Source: Nitrospirota bacterium (GTDB taxonomy: Bacteria; Nitrospirota; Thermodesulfovibrionia; Thermodesulfovibrionales; UBA1546). Taken from it: 64,000 nt of DNA. A program made the translations under genes and the position numbers. How positions within the stretch are numbered: position 1 is the stretch's first letter; every line of letters begins with the position of its first letter. Shown piece after piece: positions 50,286 to 58,488 of this stretch. The stretch lies in NCBI GenBank assembly GCA_021824065.1, contig JAKALU010000003.1, forward strand, positions 5,553 through 69,552, in the 5' to 3' direction. The notes beneath the pieces were generated by a model. It did no database searches, was not told where the DNA came from, and saw nothing but the letters and a program-made list of their open reading frames with translations.

Positions 50286-52110
50286 TCCTATCTCCAAGGG
50301 GTTCAAAAGGGATCCATAGGTTGATTCTTGTTCCGCTGCCGGGCTCAGAACATATCTGCAACCGCCCGTCCAGAAGATTTGCCCTCTCTTTCATGCCTAA
50401 TATACCAAGCCCTCTCCCATCCTCGGTACGTTTTAAGGCAGATTGCACATCAAACCCTTCGCCGTCGTCTTCTATATTAACGGCTATAGAATCGCTGAGA
50501 TATTTTAATATAACAAAAACATTTTCTGCTGCTGCATGTTTTGAAATATTCATTATGGATTCCTGTATTATTCTGAAAAATGTTGTTTCAATACGATAGC
50601 TGAGTCTCTGCTCCTCAACGCCCAGGACATTGAAAAAATATGTTATGCCTTTCTCTCCCAGATGTTTGTCAAGCAGCCACCTGATGGACGCCTCAAGCCC
50701 GAGGTCATCTAATATTGCAGGCCTGAGATTCTGGATTATATTGTGTATTCCATCGAGTGTGGTAAGCACGATGTTTTTCATCTCCTCTATTTTATCTAAA
50801 GGAGGGCTTTCAAGATACATATTGCACATATTAATCTTCATCAAAAGGGCTGACAATGTCTGCATTGTTTCATCGTGCAGACCCCGGGCTATCCTTTTCC
50901 TTTCATCCTCCTGAGCGGATATAACCTTTTTCAAAAGGTTTTGTACCTTCTGCTGGCTTTCCCTTATCTGTTTTGTCCTCTCGATTACCCGCTGTTCAAG
51001 TTCAACATTATACCGTTGAAGCCTTTCAAGTGAATCAGCCAGCTTGACACGCATAACTTCAAAGCTGGAGCTCAACATCCCGATTTCGTCTATTCCGCCG
51101 AACTCAATTGACTTCGACATATCCCCTTTTGCGATCTTGTGGGTAGCTCTAATCAGTTCATGCACAGGCTTTACTATGCTTTTGCTCATCCCGATTGCAA
51201 TTATCAGCGCAATCCCTATCGAGCCTATGCTGAAGGCCAAAAAAGTCTTTTTAAGTTTTGTGGCTGGCGCAAAGACATCTTTTTCCGGCTGAATTATAGA
51301 CACCCCCCAGTGTGCCATCTTGAGCGGGGCAAACGCCAGTATGTCTGTTGAACGGATAGTGCTGCTCCCGGTCTGTTTTTCCTTGTCAGAATGGCACCTA
51401 TGGCAAGTCCTGATCTCGGATCTTTTCTGTGCTATTAGATTTCCCAGAAACCTGTTATGGTCACTGCCTGTAAAAATCCTTTGGGGATTGTTGGACGCTA
51501 TAACAATGCCATGGCTGTCAACTATTTCCAGATAAGTATTAGGTTCTGTAGGCACTGCCTTAATAGTCTGGCCAATCCTGAGATTGGTGGGATCAATCTC
51601 TCCGCCCACCACACCAACAGTATCACCATTTTTATTTTTTAGAGGCACCAGAGCATATATAACCTTCTTTTTCATCGGCTCTACAGTGTATATATCTGAT
51701 ATCACGGGTTTGCCATCCAGAATAATTCTGTTTATATAAGGAATGCTCACAAGGTTTACATAGTTTTCAAACCTGGAAGGATAGCTTAAAACTATATTCC
51801 CTGTTTTGTCCAGAAGAAAAATACCATCTGTGAATATCGAATACCGATAGGCTGTTTTCAACGCCTCCTTTTCAGTCTCCCAGTCGTTGTCGCTTAGATC
51901 TACCTTTCCTGAAAGGGAGATATCATAAAGCCGGGTGAGGCTTCTCTCTAAAAGAAGGTCAATGTTATTCGCTATTATGCTGGCTAATGTCAGCCTGTTT
52001 TTCAATGAGCGGTCTATGGTTTCATCAACTGTTAAGTAACCTATTATCCCCAGACCTGTGGAAATGATAATTACATTGAGAATTATTGCAATAATTATTT
52101 TTTTCTGCAT
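50278..52110 (-). CDS. Sensor histidine kinase: periplasmic Cache-like domain bearing a CxxCH motif, then HAMP, HisKA_3 and HATPase
   Basis: 610 aa. TM1 at the N-terminus and TM2 at FLAFSIGSIGIALIIAIGM. CHRCH at residues 236-240 (nt 51391-51405). H-box RIARGLHDETMQTL. G-boxes DDGEGF and GLGILGM. Confidence 0.88.
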   Translation of the reverse strand: MQKKIIIAIILNVIIISTGLGIIGYLTVDETIDRSLKNRLTLASIIANNIDLLLERSLTRLYDISLSGKVDLSDNDWETEKEALKTAYRYSIFTDGIFLLDKTGNIVLSYPSRFENYVNLVSIPYINRIILDGKPVISDIYTVEPMKKKVIYALVPLKNKNGDTVGVVGGEIDPTNLRIGQTIKAVPTEPNTYLEIVDSHGIVIASNNPQRIFTGSDHNRFLGNLIAQKRSEIRTCHRCHSDKEKQTGSSTIRSTDILAFAPLKMAHWGVSIIQPEKDVFAPATKLKKTFLAFSIGSIGIALIIAIGMSKSIVKPVHELIRATHKIAKGDMSKSIEFGGIDEIGMLSSSFEVMRVKLADSLERLQRYNVELEQRVIERTKQIRESQQKVQNLLKKVISAQEDERKRIARGLHDETMQTLSALLMKINMCNMYLESPPLDKIEEMKNIVLTTLDGIHNIIQNLRPAILDDLGLEASIRWLLDKHLGEKGITYFFNVLGVEEQRLSYRIETTFFRIIQESIMNISKHAAAENVFVILKYLSDSIAVNIEDDGEGFDVQSALKRTEDGRGLGILGMKERANLLDGRLQICSEPGSGTRINLWIPFEPLGDRNV

Positions 52111-52159
52111 TTAGGTTAAAAAATGCTTTTTTAACCATACCCCTTAACAGTATAATCTG

Positions 52160-52900
52160 TCAAGTTGCCACCTTATCTTTCGGTATGCCCTCACCTTCTG
52201 AACCCTCAAGAGATATATTAAAAAGTCTTTCATATTCCAGAGGGTGTTCATGTATCATGCGTTCTTTTGAGATTTTGCCAGTAAAGATTACTGTATCTAA
52301 CGGGAATACCTCAGGGCTGAGTATAGAGTTATATATATGCCATAAAGCAACAATGAGAAAGACAAGGAATGCCTGATTTGTATGCAAGATCTTGGCGGTC
52401 GGGATAACCTCTCCGGGAAGGAATCGGGTAACAAGCGTAGGGAACCAGAGTGCCATCCCTGTTACAACCATCAAAAGCCCGCTGATAAGAACACCCCAAT
52501 ATTCAAACTTCTGCTTATAGTCATAGCGGTCACATCTTGCAGGATGACTTTCTATGCCAATGTAATACTTGATATTATGTATGGCATCAAGAAAATCCTT
52601 TTTGTTTATAATCATCGACGTCTGCCATTTCTTGAAGACAACTCCTATAATCCCGGCTATAATATGCACTGCAATAACAATTGAAAGGGCTATCCCTGTG
52701 TATCGGTGAATCAATCTTACATTGTCAATGCCACCTAACTGGAAAATAAACCACTGGGAAAGGGCAAGCGAATAGAATTTCTGAGAAAGTCCAGTTACAC
52801 CCAATATCCCGAGGGTTATTATAGTCATCCAGTGTTCAATAATGCGGGTGGTACTAAATCTTCTAATCTTGTCTTCCTTAATTATATTATCGCCTTTCAT
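52160..52900 (-). CDS. Dihaem cytochrome b, FdnI/HydC/PhsC-type (Ni/Fe-hydrogenase b-type cytochrome family)
   Basis: Start set to the ATG at 52898-52900, preceded by GAGGAGGG. RFSTTRIIEHW is the entry motif. Four TM helices with conserved His (HRYTG, VHI, ILH, WHIY). Confidence 0.8.
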   Translation of the reverse strand: MKGDNIIKEDKIRRFSTTRIIEHWMTIITLGILGVTGLSQKFYSLALSQWFIFQLGGIDNVRLIHRYTGIALSIVIAVHIIAGIIGVVFKKWQTSMIINKKDFLDAIHNIKYYIGIESHPARCDRYDYKQKFEYWGVLISGLLMVVTGMALWFPTLVTRFLPGEVIPTAKILHTNQAFLVFLIVALWHIYNSILSPEVFPLDTVIFTGKISKERMIHEHPLEYERLFNISLEGSEGEGIPKDKVAT

Positions 52901-52911
52901 TTGACCCTCCT

Positions 52912-54366
52912 CTATCTGGTAACCGCATAGCGCCATATATGTAACAATATCTGCAGGATCAACCCAATCATCGCAAAGGGGATAAAAACCCTGTATATCA
53001 GGCTAACAATAAAAACCATCGGAGCCCTTGTCAGGCTTGGTTTATAATGAGAGAGCCATGCATCCTGAAAATTTTCAGTTGCACCCTCATGACATTTCTG
53101 GCATCTCTTTGCCAGGTTTGCCTTTATTATTGCTGCATCAGAGCCTATGACACTGCTTATATTATGGGTGCCGTGGCAATCAGTACAAACAGCTATCTGC
53201 CTTGCTGGTTTGTAAAGCGTCTCTTTCTGTTTTTTGTAAAATCCCAAGGTAACTCCGTGAAAGTCCGAAAGATAGGTTTTTACAACATCAGTAGAAAGTC
53301 CGTACTTCTCCATAATCTCTTTGTTAGCGTGGCAGTTTCCGCATATATCGGGCACCCTCTCGCGGTAATCAGACGTTCGAGGGTCTGTTATGTTGTGCGC
53401 AGTGTGGCAGTCTATACATATAGGGACATCCTGAATGTGCTCGCTGATAAGCGCCTTACCATGAATGCTTTTTGCATATATCTCATATATTTCGGGGTGA
53501 CACCTCTGACACTTCTTTACAACAAAATTCTTCTCCTTTCCCCCGGGGGGTATCGAGTGAGAGCCGTGGCAGTCAGTACAGACAGGAGCCTTCAAGTTAC
53601 CCTGACTGAGCATTGTATAATGGATGCTTTCCATAGTTTTAGTATATTTATCAAAATGGCATCGCCTGCAACTCTCTGCAGAGGCAATGGCATAATCCCT
53701 CTTGGTCCTGAAGTTTCTCTGAGGGTGTTCTTCAGAGGAAAAGCCATAATGGCAGTCCGAACAGGTAAGTTTATTATGTACAGAGGCATCTATCAATAAT
53801 GCATCCACTTTAAGTGCTAATGTTTCGCCATCTTTAAAAACCATGTTTAACTTATGCCCGTGACAGCTCAGACAGTACTGTTTTTCAGAGGCAAATATTT
53901 TTCCACCCGCTACAGGCATAATTGAATGAGAACCATGGCAGTCAGTGCAAACATGTGACTTGTTTTCACTCTCTTCCCCCAGTAAACTGGCATGTATAGG
54001 CTTTGCACTGATCTGTTGATCTGTATGGCAATGCTTACATACAAGAGAAGATCTTATTTTATATTGCTTTTTGCTCCTGAATTTTCTTGCAGGGTGTTTG
54101 TCCGAGGAAAACTCATCGTGACAATCAGAACATGTCAGAGAATTATGAACAGAGGCTTTGAATTTTTCAGCATCCACATAAGCTGTTACAGATTCGTTAT
54201 TCTCAAATTTTTTGACTATCCCCAATTGTGCATGACACCCTAAACATTTCTGCGCTTCTTCCGAGAGAGCGGTATCTGCCGCACTAACGCTGTCAATAGA
54301 TATTATAAAAACCCAAAAAAGAGACAACAGAAAAAGGATTATTCTCTCCCCGCTCTTCATAGACAC
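52912..54366 (-). CDS. Membrane-anchored 13-haem c-type cytochrome
   Basis: 484 aa with a signal peptide. 13 CxxCH motifs counted. Residues of about 40-165 and 170-300 form a tandem 4-haem duplication. C-terminal TM helix MVFIVSLIYRVFIPFAMIGLILQILL. Confidence 0.9.
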   Translation of the reverse strand: MSMKSGERIILFLLSLFWVFIISIDSVSAADTALSEEAQKCLGCHAQLGIVKKFENNESVTAYVDAEKFKASVHNSLTCSDCHDEFSSDKHPARKFRSKKQYKIRSSLVCKHCHTDQQISAKPIHASLLGEESENKSHVCTDCHGSHSIMPVAGGKIFASEKQYCLSCHGHKLNMVFKDGETLALKVDALLIDASVHNKLTCSDCHYGFSSEEHPQRNFRTKRDYAIASAESCRRCHFDKYTKTMESIHYTMLSQGNLKAPVCTDCHGSHSIPPGGKEKNFVVKKCQRCHPEIYEIYAKSIHGKALISEHIQDVPICIDCHTAHNITDPRTSDYRERVPDICGNCHANKEIMEKYGLSTDVVKTYLSDFHGVTLGFYKKQKETLYKPARQIAVCTDCHGTHNISSVIGSDAAIIKANLAKRCQKCHEGATENFQDAWLSHYKPSLTRAPMVFIVSLIYRVFIPFAMIGLILQILLHIWRYAVTR

Positions 54367-54409
54367 CTCCTTCTTGAAATTAAGGCACGTTGAGAGAAAG
54401 CGGGCAGAC

Positions 54410-54442
54410 GGGGGGATGTCATGCCGAAGCTGACATCCCCCT
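54410..54442 (-). other. Intra-operon perfect stem-loop GGGGGATGTCA-tgccgaagc-TGACATCCCCC
   Basis: An 11-bp perfect stem in the 103-nt gap between the nrfD-like and 13-haem cytochrome genes. No T-run follows. Confidence 0.6.
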
Positions 54443-54469
54443 CGCCTAAATTCTGAGAACCGGACATAT

Positions 54470-55708
54470 TCAATGTGACTCCTTATATTCCGGGTGTTCT
54501 CTTATAACAGGCATACGGTTCAAAATCCATCTGAAGATGAGAATGTGAATAGTGATTATGGATGCAACAATAGCAACCTCCTGCCATGGCGGAATAATAT
54601 GGTGGAGATGACCCGGCAGATTCCAGTTGAATGCTATTATTGAAACATTGATCCTGTTTACTATAATCCCTAAGACAGCATAAAAGGCTCCGAACCTGAC
54701 AAGGCCAGCACTATTGTTTTTAACACCATATGTCAAGACAATAGCAGGGAGGAGAACGAACCCCAGTATCTCAACAAGAAACCAGTTCCCATAAGGGGTG
54801 CTCAGTAAGTGCCAGTTGTCATCATGGGCTACGCCAACTAACTTCAATGCGAGATAGACAAACAAACCGACACATGTACCTTTTCCAAGGCCAACGGTCA
54901 GTCTGTCAAGGCTTTCGAGGAAATTGTGGTCAGTGGCGCTTCTCAGAAACCGGGCTGCAAGGGTGCTGATAACAATTACCATGGCAAGGGCAGCATATAT
55001 GCTTGAGCTGAGGAAAAACACCGGTATATACGAGGAAAACCAGAGGGGATGGAGTTTTCCTGGAACGAGCAGGAACATTGCGCCGAGGGCAGACTGATGG
55101 AGTGTTGAAAGGATTATCCCGGCAATGGTCATGCCAATAACTATCATTGTTGCCCATTTATAAACCCTTCTTGACTTAATCCATTCCAGTATTGCCTCGC
55201 TGAATTCAAGGAACTGGACTGTAAGATAAGTGGCAACATGCCATGCAACGAGAAAAAGAACCGAGGCTGTGCCGAAACCGATTATCATAGGGTAATATAT
55301 ACGCCATGGCCTTCCAAGGTCGGTTAAAAGGTAAATTACAGCAAACAGGTAGCCCAGGAATCCTGTAAGGACTCCAAGTCTCACAAGGGGTTTGTATCTT
55401 TTAAAACCAAATATGTAATAGGCTGTCCCCATTACAAATCCAGTGGCTGAAAGTGGGACGCCACCAAAGAGTCCCCAGCCGAGTAAGATTCCCCATGGAT
55501 ATTCATTTGAAGCATGAGTAGCTGAAGCAAGCCCAAATACAAAACGGATAGCAATAACAGGGATGCCGATGCTCAATATAATAGCTGCAACGATATTGAA
55601 AGGAGTAATGAGTCTTCTGCTGTATTCAGGCCATGACATCCCCATAAGCAGTTTGTCCATAAACCATGATCTAAAGTTATCTGTTCCAGTTAATGTCCCG
55701 TTACTCAT
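54470..55708 (-). CDS. NrfD/PsrC-family polytopic quinone-interacting membrane protein
   Basis: 412 aa with about 10 TM helices. ATGA start/stop overlap with the upstream FeS gene. Its position next to a Tat FeS subunit is typical of the family. Confidence 0.8.
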   Translation of the reverse strand: MSNGTLTGTDNFRSWFMDKLLMGMSWPEYSRRLITPFNIVAAIILSIGIPVIAIRFVFGLASATHASNEYPWGILLGWGLFGGVPLSATGFVMGTAYYIFGFKRYKPLVRLGVLTGFLGYLFAVIYLLTDLGRPWRIYYPMIIGFGTASVLFLVAWHVATYLTVQFLEFSEAILEWIKSRRVYKWATMIVIGMTIAGIILSTLHQSALGAMFLLVPGKLHPLWFSSYIPVFFLSSSIYAALAMVIVISTLAARFLRSATDHNFLESLDRLTVGLGKGTCVGLFVYLALKLVGVAHDDNWHLLSTPYGNWFLVEILGFVLLPAIVLTYGVKNNSAGLVRFGAFYAVLGIIVNRINVSIIAFNWNLPGHLHHIIPPWQEVAIVASIITIHILIFRWILNRMPVIREHPEYKESH

Positions 55709-56715
55709 TTTTTCTCCTCCTCTTTTTCATGTTTTTGCCCTTTTTCCTTCTCCAAGTCCTCCCTGTGCCGCAGGGCTGCATATACCATACCGAAAAGGGC
55801 TGGCCAGACAGTAAATACTACAGGGACTGCGCCAAGAAATCCCTTTGTTTCTTCAATAAGTGGCTTTTGGGGAAGATTTGTCGGAAAGTCGAGATTCTCA
55901 AAGGGGACTCCAGAGATGTACATCCAACCCGTCCCTCCGGCTTCGTGTTCTCCATAAATATGGTCGATATACCTGTCAGGGTTTTTCATTATCTTTTCTC
56001 TTGCGATCTTGATTAAATCACTCCTCTTGCCAAATGTTATAGTCCCCACGGGACAGGCCTCTGCACATGCAGGGATACCGCCTTTTTTAATCCTGTCATA
56101 ACACATTACACATTTTACAATCTTTGGTTCCAAAGCACTATCATAATCATAGGCCGGGGCATAAAAAGGACAGGCTATCATGCAGTATCGGCACCCAAAA
56201 CATTTTTCCGGGTCATAGAGAACAGCGCCTTCAGGAGTTTTTGTATATGCGTGTATTGGACACGCAGAGGCGCAGGCTGGTTCGTTACAGTGGTTGCATT
56301 GTATTTTCCGATAAACAGGCTTGCTCTCATCCTTTGGATTTTTATACTGATTAACCACAGTGTAAGCCTGTGCAGTGGGTCTCCTTTTTTCTTTAAAAAC
56401 AGAAACGTCGTCAAATGAAGTTTTTGGCTTTGGGAGGTTATTTGCCTCATTACATGCCTTTTCACAGCTGCGACACCCTACACATGCAGTTAAATCAGTC
56501 AGACAGCCATAACGATTTGGCCAACCAGAGAATTCCTTTGAAGCAGCTACATCCTTATAGCTGCCGATGAGAACAGTACCTCCAATTCCGGCTACTGTTC
56601 CTAAAAATTTCCTTCGGCTGATTCCTCTTGCGTCACCTTCTTGAGGCTTATCTTCAGCGCTTTCTTCTGATATGCATTCATTAGCCACCACTGGATTTTT
56701 TAGTGGTTTATCCAT
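55705..56715 (-). CDS. Tat-exported 4x[4Fe-4S] ferredoxin-type subunit with a C-terminal TM anchor (HybA/NrfC/HmcB-like)
   Basis: Twin-arginine signal SRRKFLGTVAGIGG. Four Cys clusters: CVGCRSCEKAC, CNHCNEPACASACP, CFGCRYCMIACP and CVMC...CAEACP. C-terminal helix GAVPVVFTVWPALFGMVYAAL. Confidence 0.88.
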   Translation of the reverse strand: MDKPLKNPVVANECISEESAEDKPQEGDARGISRRKFLGTVAGIGGTVLIGSYKDVAASKEFSGWPNRYGCLTDLTACVGCRSCEKACNEANNLPKPKTSFDDVSVFKEKRRPTAQAYTVVNQYKNPKDESKPVYRKIQCNHCNEPACASACPIHAYTKTPEGAVLYDPEKCFGCRYCMIACPFYAPAYDYDSALEPKIVKCVMCYDRIKKGGIPACAEACPVGTITFGKRSDLIKIAREKIMKNPDRYIDHIYGEHEAGGTGWMYISGVPFENLDFPTNLPQKPLIEETKGFLGAVPVVFTVWPALFGMVYAALRHREDLEKEKGQKHEKEEEKK

Positions 56716-56757
56716 AATCCCTCCTTTAAAACATATTCAGGTCAAACCTGTTAGAAG

Positions 56758-57228
56758 TTATTTGCTGGTTTTCATGCTTACTTTCTGTTCCTTCTTATCA
56801 TGGCACATCTCAGTACAGCCCTTTGGGTCTATACCGACATTGCCCATCCCCCTGTGGCACTGGAAACACTGGCTGTGGTATGCAGCCTTGAGCCCTGGCA
56901 TATTTGGGTTTGCAGGGTCAAAGTTACTGTGACAATTTTTACAGGCCATAAAGTTATTAACTACTGAACCCTTGAAGGTAGATGGACTAACAGCATGGCA
57001 ATCTTTGCATGGCAGCGCCCCACTATTGCCATGCTGGTGGTGGCACATCCCGCAGTTGCCTGCTATCGAGATATGTTTTGCATGGTTGAATATCACCGGC
57101 CCATATTTGTCTGACAAACTGTCCAGCTTAACAAGACTCGGAGTCTTTGCAGAATTTCCTGCATAAAGAGATGCAGCAAAGAAAATGCAGAGACTAATTA
57201 CAAAGACTAAGATTCCTATCTTCCTCAT
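56758..57228 (-). CDS. Periplasmic class III (c3/c7-type) cytochrome, 4 CxxCH + 1 CxxxCH
   Basis: Start set to the ATG at 57228, preceded by AAAGGAGG. Has a signal peptide. Motifs are CGMCH, CKDCH, CKNCH, CFQCH and CTEMCH. Confidence 0.85.
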   Translation of the reverse strand: MRKIGILVFVISLCIFFAASLYAGNSAKTPSLVKLDSLSDKYGPVIFNHAKHISIAGNCGMCHHQHGNSGALPCKDCHAVSPSTFKGSVVNNFMACKNCHSNFDPANPNMPGLKAAYHSQCFQCHRGMGNVGIDPKGCTEMCHDKKEQKVSMKTSK

Positions 57229-57402
57229 TATTATCTGACCTCCTTTATACATGACTTAAATAACATTACTCAGGACTATTCGAAAGGGCATTCTTAAAAT
57301 CGCCCCTCATGCTCCATTTGCGAGCCGGAGGCGAAGCAATCTCAAAATAAAGGGATTGCTTCGTCGCTATGATCTCCTCGCAATGGTTTCTTAAATAGAT
57401 CA

Positions 57403-57810
57403 TTATTTGTTTTCACCTTTTTCAATCTCGGTTTCTTCCTTCTTGCCCTTCTTTTTACCAGCTAAATATGCCTCTGTGGGTCTCCATCCAAAGGATGCGC
57501 TTCTGCCCGCCAGTGACAGAACGCTGTTGATAGCTACTGTGCTGAGCGCAAACATAAAACTGAAAGGCAGGGCAATCACATAGGCCAGCCCAATAAACGG
57601 GGCAGCCGCTACCTTACCCATAGTCCTGAGCGTATCCTTATATCCTGTTTTCTTAATAAACTCTAAATCTTCCTTGCCGGAGTGTATCAAGGTCTTGAAA
57701 GGCCTGTGTTTCAATACCTCCCAGTAAATGATGTATCCTGCGATTGCCGAGACGGCTATAATGTACTCCACCCCCTTAACATGGGTCATGAAATCAAAAA
57801 GAGTATTCAT
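57403..57810 (-). CDS. Small membrane protein, paralog 1, ending in SFGWRPTEAYLAGKKKGKK plus an acidic tail
   Basis: 135 aa with a GGAAGGAGG RBS and two or three hydrophobic helices. The C-terminal motif is shared with 57889-58236. Confidence 0.65.
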   Translation of the reverse strand: MNTLFDFMTHVKGVEYIIAVSAIAGYIIYWEVLKHRPFKTLIHSGKEDLEFIKKTGYKDTLRTMGKVAAAPFIGLAYVIALPFSFMFALSTVAINSVLSLAGRSASFGWRPTEAYLAGKKKGKKEETEIEKGENK

Positions 57811-57888
57811 CTTATTCCTCCTTCCTAATTGTTAAATTACTAACCTTTTTTGTAAACAAAGTTAACCTACCTTAAAATCTTATGCCGA

Positions 57889-58236
57889 CTATGATGAATC
57901 GGTTGTCTTATCATTTTTCTTCTTCCCTTTTCTCTTGCCAGCTAAATATGCCTCTGTAGGTCTCCAGCCAAAGGATGCGATATTCCACATGCCTTTGAAA
58001 ATCTTTTCTGCCAGCAGTGATATCATCATCGCTATCGCTATGAACGGCAGAAATATCACATACAGCAGTCCCAGAATCGGTCCCAACAGTAACATAACGC
58101 TGGGTGGAAACCTGGTATACGTTGAATTCTTATCTCCTGGAAGCACCCCCTCATTTGGGATATCTATCCTGCCTCCATTCGATAAATCCCAGTAAGTCCC
58201 CTTTCCTACCTTATGTCCTCCGCTGTATTTAAGCAT
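57889..58236 (-). CDS. Small membrane protein, paralog 2, ending in SFGWRPTEAYLAGKRKGKKK
   Basis: 115 aa with a GGAAGGAGG RBS. The N-terminal soluble part is GKGTYWDLSNGGRIDIPNEGVLPG, followed by a TM hairpin. Confidence 0.65.
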   Translation of the reverse strand: MLKYSGGHKVGKGTYWDLSNGGRIDIPNEGVLPGDKNSTYTRFPPSVMLLLGPILGLLYVIFLPFIAIAMMISLLAEKIFKGMWNIASFGWRPTEAYLAGKRKGKKKNDKTTDSS

Positions 58237-58363
58237 CTTTTTTCACCTCCTTCCTCATCCTTGTATTTATTTCCCTGTTCATCTTGATTACAAGATAGCA
58301 GATATTAAAGGCTAATATAATTGGAAGAAGTTCCTAATTTTTATAGGGATTTTGTCTTAAATT

Positions 58364-58380
58364 AGCAAAGATTTTCCCGA
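58364..58380 (-). promoter_or_regulatory. Weak sigma-54-like element cGGgaaaatctTTGCt (GG-N10-GC)
   Basis: The minus-strand reading of 58364-58380 satisfies GG-N10-GC with TTGCT at -12, but matches poorly at the other -24 positions. It lies about 130 nt upstream of the 58236 start. A sigma-54-dependent regulator gene lies 2 kb upstream. Confidence 0.25.
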
Positions 58381-58435
58381 CACAGGGGAAAGTCGGATAA
58401 GTGGGTAGATTAATAACAATTTATTTGCAACTAAT

Positions 58436-58483
58436 GAAGCTTCCTGCAGCAAGTTGGGGAATGCACTCGCTGTGCATTCTCAC
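58436..58483. repeat. REP-like element GAAGCTTCCTGCAGCAAGTTG-GGGAATGCACTCGCTGTGCATTCTCAC (contiguous copy)
   Basis: Contains the hairpin GAATGCAC-tcgct-GTGCATTC. Both halves recur at 59038-59147. Confidence 0.7.
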
Positions 58484-58488
58484 AAAGG

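Noticed and set aside
57253-57402. Sigma-54 promoter immediately upstream of the c3 cytochrome gene
   Set aside because: I searched the minus-strand reading for GG-N10-GC with a TTGC-like -12 element and found no acceptable match. The region is occupied by a hairpin repeat instead.
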